From positions 1 to 13,734 of the forward strand of contig JAYEID010000016.1 of NCBI GenBank assembly GCA_034659915.1: a stretch of DNA of 13,734 bases. Reading direction: 5' to 3'. Of the stretch, positions 4,926-12,239 are shown piece by piece; positions within the stretch are counted from its first letter, which is position 1, and each line of letters begins with the position of its first letter. Origin of the DNA: Patescibacteria group bacterium. GTDB taxonomy: Bacteria > Patescibacteriota > WWE3 > JAUXAW01 > JAYEID01. Made by a program: the position numbers and the translations under genes. The notes beneath the pieces are model-generated. The model ran no database searches and had not been told where the DNA came from. It was given only the letters and a program-made list of their open reading frames with translations.

Positions 4926-5573
4926 ATGTTTATTATCAATTTTAAAAATTATCCGGGTGCTTTTGGAAAAGAGGCTGTTGATTTGGCAAAGGAAATCAGA
5001 GACGCAAGCAACGAGATTTCTAATCTTGAGGTATTTTTAGCAGTTCCTCTAGTTGATATCTATCGCGTTCATTCCCAGGTAGATATTCCTGTTTTTTCTC
5101 AACATGTAGATCCCTTTTTACCAGGACAAACTACGGGTTTTTCAATTCCCCTTGCAGTAAGGAAAGCAGGTGCTGTAGGTACCTTGGTAAATCATTCTGA
5201 AAACCCAATGGATTTAGATATGATTAGGGAAGCGGTTCGGCTTTGTGATGAAGTGGAATTAACGAGTGTGGTTTGTGCGGACTCGCCTGCTGTGATTGAT
5301 CAGATACGCGATTTTAAACCAGATTATATAGCATTTGAACCTCCTGAACTTATTGGTGGGGATGTTTCAGTGGTAGAGGCAGACGAGTTTGTTGTTGCTA
5401 GTGCTGTAAGCGCAGCTGGTTCAATCCCCCTATTAGTAGGTGCTGGAATTGGTTCGGCTGCAGATGTTTCCCGTGGTTTGGAACTAGGTGCGGAAGGTTT
5501 CTTGGTAGCGTCTGCTATTGTGAAGGCGGAAGATCCGGCTAAGGCTTTTTTAGAGCTTATACAGGGGTACTAG
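4926..5573 (+). CDS. tpiA: Triosephosphate isomerase, short archaeal-type
   Basis: MFIINFKNY..., VNHSE and AFEPPELIGG (rather than the bacterial YEPVWAIGTG), GAGI, GAEGFLVASAIVKA; about 215 aa. The start is set at ATG 4926, preceded by aagga 11 nt upstream. The ORF-track ATG at 4869 adds 19 aa with no homology counterpart. Confidence 0.88.
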   Translation: MFIINFKNYPGAFGKEAVDLAKEIRDASNEISNLEVFLAVPLVDIYRVHSQVDIPVFSQHVDPFLPGQTTGFSIPLAVRKAGAVGTLVNHSENPMDLDMIREAVRLCDEVELTSVVCADSPAVIDQIRDFKPDYIAFEPPELIGGDVSVVEADEFVVASAVSAAGSIPLLVGAGIGSAADVSRGLELGAEGFLVASAIVKAEDPAKAFLELIQGY

Positions 5574-5581
5574 TCTTAACC

Positions 5582-7006
5582 TTAGTTTTGACTGTTGTAC
5601 ATTTTTAAAATCCTATCCCACCTTTCCGCTGGTCTGAATATTCCCTCTAGGTCTAAATTTCCTTCAGTTGCCTTTATATGGTAGGTATAGCCGGGGTAGT
5701 AGGCAAATATTGCCGGCATTTTCTCTATAAAAATTTGCTGAAAGTTTTGGTAGTGTTCTTTTCTCTTTTCTGGGTCATGTGTTGTTCTTCCCATCTCTAA
5801 AGCTTTGTCAGCACGCATATTTGAAAAGCCGGTGAGATTGTTTCCAGTTTCTAACTGAGTAGAGTGCCAGAGATTATATTGGTCTGGATCTCGACTCACT
5901 TCTTGACCAATTAGTACTACATCAAAGTCTTTACGGGGAAGGATGTCTTCTTTTAGATTCTTATTAGTTGCTGGAATTAGATTTACAGTTAAACCAGTTT
6001 TTTCCCAATCGCTTTTGATTACTTGAACAATTTTTTTATTTTTTTCGGTTTGTGAATAAGTAATGGTTATGCTGTGATCATATTGTTTTTCTGTATTTGG
6101 TCTGAATTTTGGTTCTTCAATTTCTTCTTTAACCCACGAATTTTGTAGCGGTGCATAGGCAGGTCTACCATTGGTATTTTCAGCTTCTTTAATTATTTTT
6201 TCCCTGTCTACTAATGTGGCTAAAGTTCGTCGGAAATCCGCGTTTTTTAGAAATTCTTTCCCTTGAAGATTAAAAAGTAATACGTAATGGCGTCCTTCTA
6301 GGGTTGCTTTTACAGTTTTATAACATTTTGGTGAATCTTGTTCGGAACTAAATCCGTCTAGTTCTCCCAATTCTGCTGCTGTGTGTAAACCCTCCTCAGT
6401 TTGGAAAAATTTTATGATTATTTTTTCTGGTCCACTTCGTTCTTTCTTGTGTTTTTTTAGTGTTATACTCTCAATTTTTTGCGTTCCCCTTTTTACATTT
6501 TGAATCCGGTAAGTCCCAGCACTAACCGGTATTAGAGGGTCATTTTTCCCTTCAAGATGTTTTGGTACTATCCCTATAGATAATATGCGGAGGAGTGGGG
6601 CAAATGGGGTATCTAGTTTTACCACTATTGTGTGCTTGTCTTTTTCTTCAATTTCTAAATTTTTAAGCTGCTCAAAATTTTTTGCAGTATAAACAACATC
6701 TTCGGCTAAAACAGGATGGTTGTCGTGAAAACGGGCTTCGGGATCAAGGTGAAAGATGTATGTTTTTTTGTCGTCTGATATTTCCCAGCTTTTTGCTATA
6801 CCAGTAGTAATACTTCCATCACTTTTTATTCGTGTAAGACCTTCAAAGACCAGTGATGAAATATCGTTATCTACGTGGTTATTTCCAGTTTGTTGGGGTG
6901 CTATATTTTGTGGTTGACCTACAACACCCTCAATGTAGACACGCTGTCCACTTATAGTAAGAAATAAACTTGTTGCAAACGATATCAAAGCTTTTAGCAA
7001 GTTCAT
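5582..7006 (-). CDS. ABC-transporter family-5 (peptide/nickel, OppA/DppA-like) solute-binding protein, N-terminal signal/anchor
   Basis: 474 aa. Hydrophobic N-terminus, then GLTRIKSDGSITTGIAKSWEISDDKKTYIFHLDPEARFHDNHPVLAEDVVYT, typical of SBP_bac_5. No permease or ATPase gene is in the window. Confidence 0.8.
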   Translation of the reverse strand: MNLLKALISFATSLFLTISGQRVYIEGVVGQPQNIAPQQTGNNHVDNDISSLVFEGLTRIKSDGSITTGIAKSWEISDDKKTYIFHLDPEARFHDNHPVLAEDVVYTAKNFEQLKNLEIEEKDKHTIVVKLDTPFAPLLRILSIGIVPKHLEGKNDPLIPVSAGTYRIQNVKRGTQKIESITLKKHKKERSGPEKIIIKFFQTEEGLHTAAELGELDGFSSEQDSPKCYKTVKATLEGRHYVLLFNLQGKEFLKNADFRRTLATLVDREKIIKEAENTNGRPAYAPLQNSWVKEEIEEPKFRPNTEKQYDHSITITYSQTEKNKKIVQVIKSDWEKTGLTVNLIPATNKNLKEDILPRKDFDVVLIGQEVSRDPDQYNLWHSTQLETGNNLTGFSNMRADKALEMGRTTHDPEKRKEHYQNFQQIFIEKMPAIFAYYPGYTYHIKATEGNLDLEGIFRPAERWDRILKMYNSQN

Positions 7007-7013
7007 AATGGGA

Positions 7014-7217
7014 TTACCTAATGTTAGCTATTATAGAAAGTATTAGAAACAAAGCTCCAAAGAAGGCGGTAGCGTAAACAATTGTCTTTTCAAGTCCACG
7101 CTTAGTGCGATAGCTTTCACCTCCCCAAAGACTACCAGATAAGCCTTCTTGCGATTGCATGAGAATTAGTGTGATTAATATTATGGCTACTATTCCTTGG
7201 ATTATTTTAAAAATCAT
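7014..7217 (-). CDS. secG: Preprotein translocase subunit SecG
   Basis: 67 aa with two TM helices flanking a Gly-rich loop (LMQSQEGLSGSLWGGES), the SecG-typical layout. It sits 7 nt upstream of the SBP gene. Confidence 0.7.
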   Translation of the reverse strand: MIFKIIQGIVAIILITLILMQSQEGLSGSLWGGESYRTKRGLEKTIVYATAFFGALFLILSIIANIR

Positions 7218-7227
7218 GTTGATAAAT

Positions 7228-7629
7228 TTAGGTGTTTAAGAGCCAGACGAGAAACCTGTAAATAAAGGAAAAAAGAAAGGTAGCTATTACCAGGGTTGCG
7301 AAGCGTGATAGTTCTGTGGGAGCAATGCTAACGTTGCCCCAGCTAAATCCGGGAAAATAGGTAGTGCTGAGAGAAAAGCCGGAGACAATTCGTACTACTA
7401 AGTAAAATGTAAAAATATTTGCAAACCAAGAGAAAAAGCCCAAGGTTAAGAGATTTAGTGGCAAAGTTATAAGTTTTATTAATGGACGGACAAGTAGGTT
7501 TGCTAAGATTAAGGCAATAGTGGCTAAAATAAGTGTTTCTATATCTTTGATGGTGACTCCTGAATAGTATCTTTGCAATAACCATAGGGTTGCACCTGTT
7601 ACTAGAATAGTCTTAAGAATACGTTTCAT
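7228..7629 (-). CDS. DUF360 / phage-holin-4-like (YvlD-type) 4-TM membrane protein
   Basis: ILKTILVTGATLWLL...ILANLLVRPLIKLITLPLNLLTLGFFSWFANIFTFYLV matches the PF04020-type pattern (N-x-L-x-R-P-L...T-L-P...T-L-G-F/L-F). The ORF-track start at 7668 is a TTG that coincides with a -35 box, so I use ATG 7629. Confidence 0.7.
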   Translation of the reverse strand: MKRILKTILVTGATLWLLQRYYSGVTIKDIETLILATIALILANLLVRPLIKLITLPLNLLTLGFFSWFANIFTFYLVVRIVSGFSLSTTYFPGFSWGNVSIAPTELSRFATLVIATFLFSFIYRFLVWLLNT

Positions 7630-7639
7630 TCTGGATAAG

Positions 7640-7668
7640 AATTTAGCACAGGTTGAGTTTGGGCGCAA
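7640..7668 (-). promoter_or_regulatory. Candidate promoter for the DUF360-secG-SBP operon
   Basis: Minus strand reads TTGCGC-17 nt-(TGc)TAAATT-cttatccaga-ATG. There are 10 nt between the -10 and the ATG, and no SD. Confidence 0.35.
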
Positions 7669-7707
7669 ATAAGATTAGGTTTCAAATAAATATATTTTGA
7701 ACTTTTA

Positions 7708-7716
7708 TGCTAAGAT
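7708..7716 (+). promoter_or_regulatory. Candidate extended -10 promoter (TGcTAAGAT) for the transglutaminase-like gene
   Basis: The -10 box ends 9 nt before ATG 7726. No SD and no clear -35. Confidence 0.3.
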
Positions 7717-7725
7717 ATTTTGGAA

Positions 7726-9669
7726 ATGAATATTGCTAAACGTATATTTTGTGCCTATTTCTTATTTTTCGGACTATTTTTTTGTAGTTCTACTACCTTA
7801 CTTGCTGCTGGAAATTTTAACACTTCTTATAAAGTTTTGTATCAAATTTCCGAAACGGGCGATACATCTGTAACACAGAAAGTTTCCATAACAAATTTGA
7901 CTGATGATTTTTATGCATCTGAACACAAGTTGCAAGTAGGTTCACAAAATGTTTTTGACGTTTGGGCAAAGGATCTGAGTGGCAACCTTAACCCGCAAGT
8001 TCTGCGTGACGAGGAAGCGACTGTTATTCAAGTGCCATTTGGCGCTCCGGTTGCGGGACGGGGAGAAACATACCAATTTGAATTAGGTTATAAAACTGAT
8101 TTGTGTAAGAGGAAGGGAAGTATTTGGCGAATAGATATTCCGGGAGTGGTTCAAACAGAAAGTATCTCAGCTTACAGCTTGAGTTTAAATGTTCCACGAG
8201 AATTGGGGCACGTGGCTTACATAGCTCCCAATCCCCGGTACCAAACTACCGATAATAACTACTTTCGTTTTGATTTTGAAAAGGACCAGCTGGCTGGTGG
8301 TATTCGGGCAGGTTTTGGTGAATTCCAGGTTTATAGTTTGAATTTGAAATTTTATTTGGAAAACCCATTGAAACAAAAGGCTTACTTAGATATGCCTTTG
8401 CCTCCAGATATACTAGATCAGCAAAAAGTCATCTATCAAAAGCTATCACCCGCGCCGAAAAAGATATATGTTGATGAAGATGGAAATTATTTGGCTCGGT
8501 ATCTTTTCGAGCCAAGTCAGCAACAAGTAGTTGATTTTAAGGGTTTGGTTTTTGTCTATCCAGCTGGATGCAAGGATATTTTTTCATCTAATTTAGGCGT
8601 GGAAGATATTCCAGCTGAGTTGGAAGAAGAATATACAAAAGAAGAAAAGTATTGGGAAGTTAATAATGCTGAGATAAAGGATCGTGCTGAAAAACTTACG
8701 GACGAGGACGCAAGTGTGGTTCAAAATTTGAAATCAATTTACGAGTACGTAGTGGCGCATCTGTTTTATAGTCAAGATCGCCTGTCTGATAATTTTGTGC
8801 GGTTGGGAGCGCAAGCTGCGTTAACGCAGCGTGAAAATGCCCTTTGCACAGAATACGCGGATCTTTTTATTGCTTTGTCTCGTGCAGCAGGTATTCCAGC
8901 GAGATTGGTTGAGGGCTATGCCTATTCCGAAAGCAAGGAAGAGACTCCGCGAGTTAAGGATGCTTTGCATGCTTGGATAGAGGTATTTATCCCAACTACA
9001 GAGGGAGGTCGCTGGGTTCAGATCGACCCTACCTGGGGATCGACTACAGGGGGAGCAGATTATTTTTATCAATTAGATTTGGCGCATGTTGCTTTTGTGC
9101 GTAAGGGATTAAGTTCTACTGAGCCATTCCTTCTTGCTGATTATGAAAAAAGTGCTGGAGATTGGTTGGAAGTACATTTTGGAGAAGTGCAAGAGATTGG
9201 CAGACCAGATATTGAAACAGAGCTTGAGATTAAACAAAAGGGTTTAGCAGGGTTTACGCGTTCCGGGATTCTAACTGTAAGGAATGGGGGTCAGATAACT
9301 GCTTTTGATGTAATAGCCCAATTTGAATTGGATCAAAGCGATGTGGAGGTTTATCAAGTTCCAGAGGGAGCTCAATTTACTGGAAATGTTGTGGAGTTGG
9401 GAAGTATTCCACCTTGGTCTGGGAAAAAAATACATTTTAAAATTAAGTCGGCACCTTTTGACCTGGTTGAGGATAAGTTGAATATTACCACTACTTGGAA
9501 AGATTTTTTTCAAGGTAATGAAAGGAGTTCAGAGGAAAGCAATGTTTGCTTCTTGCCCTTCTGGGAATATTTGTTATCGTGGTATGTACTTATATTTGTT
9601 GCCGTGGTTTTCGTCTTTATAGCTGCGGGTTTTTTATTAGTTAAAATTGACTTTTCTAGGTTTGCTTGA
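7726..9669 (+). CDS. Transglutaminase-like (Cys-His-Asp core) surface protein with N-terminal signal peptide and C-terminal TM anchor
   Basis: Signal-like MNIAKRIFCAYFLFFGLFFCSSTTLLAA. Core motifs are ALCTEYADLFIALSRAAGIPARLVEGYAY (Cys), LHAWIEVF (His) and VQIDPTWG (Asp). C-terminal TM is WYVLIFVAVVFVFIAAGFLLV. The ORF-track start at 7720 is a TTG, so I use ATG 7726. Confidence 0.85.
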   Translation: MNIAKRIFCAYFLFFGLFFCSSTTLLAAGNFNTSYKVLYQISETGDTSVTQKVSITNLTDDFYASEHKLQVGSQNVFDVWAKDLSGNLNPQVLRDEEATVIQVPFGAPVAGRGETYQFELGYKTDLCKRKGSIWRIDIPGVVQTESISAYSLSLNVPRELGHVAYIAPNPRYQTTDNNYFRFDFEKDQLAGGIRAGFGEFQVYSLNLKFYLENPLKQKAYLDMPLPPDILDQQKVIYQKLSPAPKKIYVDEDGNYLARYLFEPSQQQVVDFKGLVFVYPAGCKDIFSSNLGVEDIPAELEEEYTKEEKYWEVNNAEIKDRAEKLTDEDASVVQNLKSIYEYVVAHLFYSQDRLSDNFVRLGAQAALTQRENALCTEYADLFIALSRAAGIPARLVEGYAYSESKEETPRVKDALHAWIEVFIPTTEGGRWVQIDPTWGSTTGGADYFYQLDLAHVAFVRKGLSSTEPFLLADYEKSAGDWLEVHFGEVQEIGRPDIETELEIKQKGLAGFTRSGILTVRNGGQITAFDVIAQFELDQSDVEVYQVPEGAQFTGNVVELGSIPPWSGKKIHFKIKSAPFDLVEDKLNITTTWKDFFQGNERSSEESNVCFLPFWEYLLSWYVLIFVAVVFVFIAAGFLLVKIDFSRFA

Positions 9670-9672
9670 CCG

Positions 9673-10392
9673 ATGGGTATTCTTTATTTAGTTTCAACTC
9701 CAATTGGAAATTTAGAAGATATTACTTTGCGCGCAACAAAGGTGCTTTTTAATTCTGATTTAATTCTTTGCGAGGATACGCGACGTACTGGGAGACTTTT
9801 AAAATGGTTGAAGAGCAATCAAAAGCTGGAATCTTTAGTTGATGAAAATCGTCCTAATCTTCTTTCTTATACTGATTTTAATCGGGAGGAACGTATGGAT
9901 GAGGTTTTAGCTCGGTTGGCTCGTGGACAGAAAGTATCTTTAGTATCCAACGCTGGTACTCCCCTACTCTCTGATCCCGGATACAAACTAGTTAAAAAAG
10001 TTATAGAAATTTCGGAGGATTTTGAGGTTAGAGTAGAAGCTGTTCCAGGGGCTAATGCTATTTTGCCTGCATTGCAGCTTTCCGGTTTACCCCCAGATAG
10101 GTTTATCTTTTTGGGTTTTTTGCCAAAAAGTTCTGGAAAGAAGGAAAACCTGTTTGATCTTGCAAAGAAACTTAGTCCAGAGGTTAAGACTGTAATTTGT
10201 TATGAGTCTATTCACCGGTTGTTAAAAACTCTTAAGTTTCTTGAAGACAATTTTGGTGATATTAGGATAGCTGTTTGTCGCGAGCTTACAAAAATGCACG
10301 AAGAGGTTGTTCGTGGTTCTATTGATGAGGTTCAGGAATATTTCCAACACAGTAATTTGAAAGGTGAAGTAACTTTAGTTATTCGTGTTTAG
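9673..10392 (+). CDS. rsmI: 16S rRNA (cytidine1402-2'-O)-methyltransferase
   Basis: GILYLVSTPIGNLEDITLRATKVL...ILCEDTRRTGRLL and later PGANAILPAL are RsmI/tetrapyrrole-methylase-fold signatures. The ATG is 3 nt after the upstream stop. Confidence 0.88.
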   Translation: MGILYLVSTPIGNLEDITLRATKVLFNSDLILCEDTRRTGRLLKWLKSNQKLESLVDENRPNLLSYTDFNREERMDEVLARLARGQKVSLVSNAGTPLLSDPGYKLVKKVIEISEDFEVRVEAVPGANAILPALQLSGLPPDRFIFLGFLPKSSGKKENLFDLAKKLSPEVKTVICYESIHRLLKTLKFLEDNFGDIRIAVCRELTKMHEEVVRGSIDEVQEYFQHSNLKGEVTLVIRV

Positions 10393-11458
10393 AATTTTGA
10401 GTGGCTGCGTCTTTTATCTTTTTTGCAATAGCTAACTCTTCATTAGTGGGAATTACCAAAGTTTCAAAAGTACCCAAAACTTCTTTCAATCCGTGAGTGA
10501 TCATGTTACAAACAAGTTGGGAACCTTCAGCTACTGCACCAGTTAGGATTAAAGCATCTACCCCGCTTAGGGCTACAGCATAGGCACCAATATATTTTTT
10601 TATTTTGTAAGCATACATTTGAAGTGCTAACCCAGCTCTTTTTTTCCGTTCCGGTTCCTCTTCTTTTTCTTTGCTTTGGCTTACTTTAAGAATATCACGC
10701 ATATCGTTTGTAAATCCGGAAACTCCTTTTAAGCCAGATTGTTTGTTAAGTATTGCTTTTACTTCCCTCCGGGGTATACCAGTTTCTTCCAAAAATAAAG
10801 GTATGATAGGGTCTATATTGCCCGAGCGTGTAGCCATAATTAAACCGCTGGTAGGAGTAAAGCCCATGGAGGTGTCAATTGGCTTTCCATCTTCAATTGC
10901 AGTGATAGATGCGCCTGCTCCCAAGTGTACCGTAATTAGCTTTAGGTTTTCTAACTTCTGTCCAATTTTTCTGGCACCTTGTTGGGCAACATATTCATGT
11001 GAAATTCCGTGGAAACCGTAACGGTATATTTTGTGTTTTTCCGCCAGTTCCATTGGTAGTGAATAATAACGGGCATAGTCGGGCATTTGTGTAAAGAAAC
11101 TGGTATCAAAAACAGCAAGCTGAGGAGTTTGGGGAAGCTTGTCTTGGCATACTTTTATTACTTTTAATGCTTGCGGGTTGTGCAGTGGCGCAAGACTATT
11201 TAATTCTTTTAGCTTTTCAATACTATTGTTGTCAATTTTTGTAGGTTGATTGAAGTAAACTCCTCCGTGAACAACTCGATGGCCTATTTTGGACAATGTG
11301 TAATTGTTGCTTATAAGGTGCTGAATAATTTTCTGTATTTGTTTTTCCAGTTTTTGAAAATTTGGATATTCCTGATCTTCCCCCTCAACTTCTTCTAGTT
11401 GTTTGTTATACAAGCACCAGCGAAGTGATGCGCTTCCAATGTTAAATACAAGAATCAT
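10379..11458 (-). CDS. ackA: Acetate kinase (short form, 359 aa)
   Basis: NIGSASLR, HRVVHGG, LAPLHNP, VFDTSFF, YRYGFHGISHEY, HLGAGASITAI, DTSMGFTP, ATRSGNIDP and IPTNEELAIA, so the catalytic Asn/Arg/His/Arg/Glu positions are all present. The 3' end overlaps rsmI by 14 nt (convergent). Confidence 0.9.
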   Translation of the reverse strand: MILVFNIGSASLRWCLYNKQLEEVEGEDQEYPNFQKLEKQIQKIIQHLISNNYTLSKIGHRVVHGGVYFNQPTKIDNNSIEKLKELNSLAPLHNPQALKVIKVCQDKLPQTPQLAVFDTSFFTQMPDYARYYSLPMELAEKHKIYRYGFHGISHEYVAQQGARKIGQKLENLKLITVHLGAGASITAIEDGKPIDTSMGFTPTSGLIMATRSGNIDPIIPLFLEETGIPRREVKAILNKQSGLKGVSGFTNDMRDILKVSQSKEKEEEPERKKRAGLALQMYAYKIKKYIGAYAVALSGVDALILTGAVAEGSQLVCNMITHGLKEVLGTFETLVIPTNEELAIAKKIKDAATQNSKHE

Positions 11459-11489
11459 TGAGGATTTTAAAAATTCTAAATTTTAAATT

Positions 11490-11510
11490 ATAAATAATAA
11501 ATAATAAATA
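11490..11510. repeat. Heptanucleotide tandem repeat (ATAAATA)x3 in the pduL-ackA spacer
   Basis: Read directly. It lies within a 98-nt, extremely AT-rich spacer. Confidence 0.85.
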
Positions 11511-11556
11511 ACAAGCTTTACGTTTCTGTAAACTTGGAAAAAGCCTCCATTTCTTT

Positions 11557-12144
11557 TTAGGTTTGCTTAATCAGTTTACCCTTGCCAGTGTTTTCAATTC
11601 CAGCCGCATTTGCTTCGTCAGTATCAATATGCATAGTAAGTCTGTAATTGGCTTTAACTCTTATAAGCACATTCTCAAAAACAACACTTCGGGGATGGTT
11701 ATCAATATCCACATTGACCATTTCGCCGTCTTTTACATTAGCTTCTAAAGCATCATTGGGGCTCATATGGATGTGGCGCCAAGGAATTATAACACCCTTT
11801 TCTAGTGTTAATTCTCCTTCTGGTCCAATTAAGGTAGCACCTGGCGTCCCATCCAAAGCTAATTCATGGGTATCTCTAATTGGCGGGTTTAAACCAAGAT
11901 TGTAGGCATCAGTGCGCGCTATTTCTATTTGGGTGTAATTTCGCAATGGTCCTAAGATGCGAACTCTATGGATTTTACATTTGGCAGTTTTGAGAGTAAC
12001 TGTTTCTTCAGCTGCAAAAGTTTTTGGTTGCGATAAATTGTTGCGGACTGTTAATTTTGCATCCTTGCCGAAGAGGATTTGAAAATGCTCTGCAGTTAGG
12101 TGTGCGTGTCGAGCTGATGTTTCAATGGGAATAATCATAGCCAT
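11557..12144 (-). CDS. pduL: PduL-type phosphate acyltransferase (phosphotransacetylase/propanoyltransferase)
   Basis: Two PduL repeats: IPIETSARHAHLT...VRILGP...TQIEIARTDA and RHIHMSP...MHIDTDEANAAG. The ORF-track start at 12174 is a TTG. ATG 12144 (or 12138) gives the homologous N-terminus MAMIIPIETSARH. Confidence 0.85.
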   Translation of the reverse strand: MAMIIPIETSARHAHLTAEHFQILFGKDAKLTVRNNLSQPKTFAAEETVTLKTAKCKIHRVRILGPLRNYTQIEIARTDAYNLGLNPPIRDTHELALDGTPGATLIGPEGELTLEKGVIIPWRHIHMSPNDALEANVKDGEMVNVDIDNHPRSVVFENVLIRVKANYRLTMHIDTDEANAAGIENTGKGKLIKQT

Positions 12145-12239
12145 ATTAAAGCATATAAAGGAAGTAATATACAATTAGTAGAGCAAATTTTAACTGGCAA
12201 AAGGACAAGATCATATTTTTTTTGAGTTTGGCTTTAGGT

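Noticed and set aside
4519-4939. Minus-strand ORFs 4519..4722 and 4694..4939 (also 3939..4151 and plus-strand 1751..2017) from the ORF track
   Set aside because: They run antisense through tRNA genes and repeat elements. Their translations contain reverse-complemented tRNA stems such as GLEPLT or VAGIEPAS, which is typical of spurious tRNA-antisense ORFs.
747-11905. Other short antisense or alternative-frame ORFs inside well-supported genes (747..935, 1953..2186, 2105..2293, 7343..7585, 8185..8376, 8821..9072, 9271..9513, 10671..11021, 11563..11748, 11648..11905)
   Set aside because: Each lies entirely within a longer ORF that has clear family motifs. None has recognisable motifs of its own or an independent start context.
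649-12174. Longer N-terminal extensions proposed by the ORF track (ndk from 688, DUF360 from 7668, transglutaminase-like from 7720, pduL from 12174, tpiA from 4869)
   Set aside because: The first four begin with TTG (checked in the sequence) and add residues with no counterpart in the families. The 7668 TTG coincides with a -35 box. The 4869 ATG adds 19 aa ahead of the conserved MxIINFKNY N-terminus and lacks the aagga motif found before 4926.
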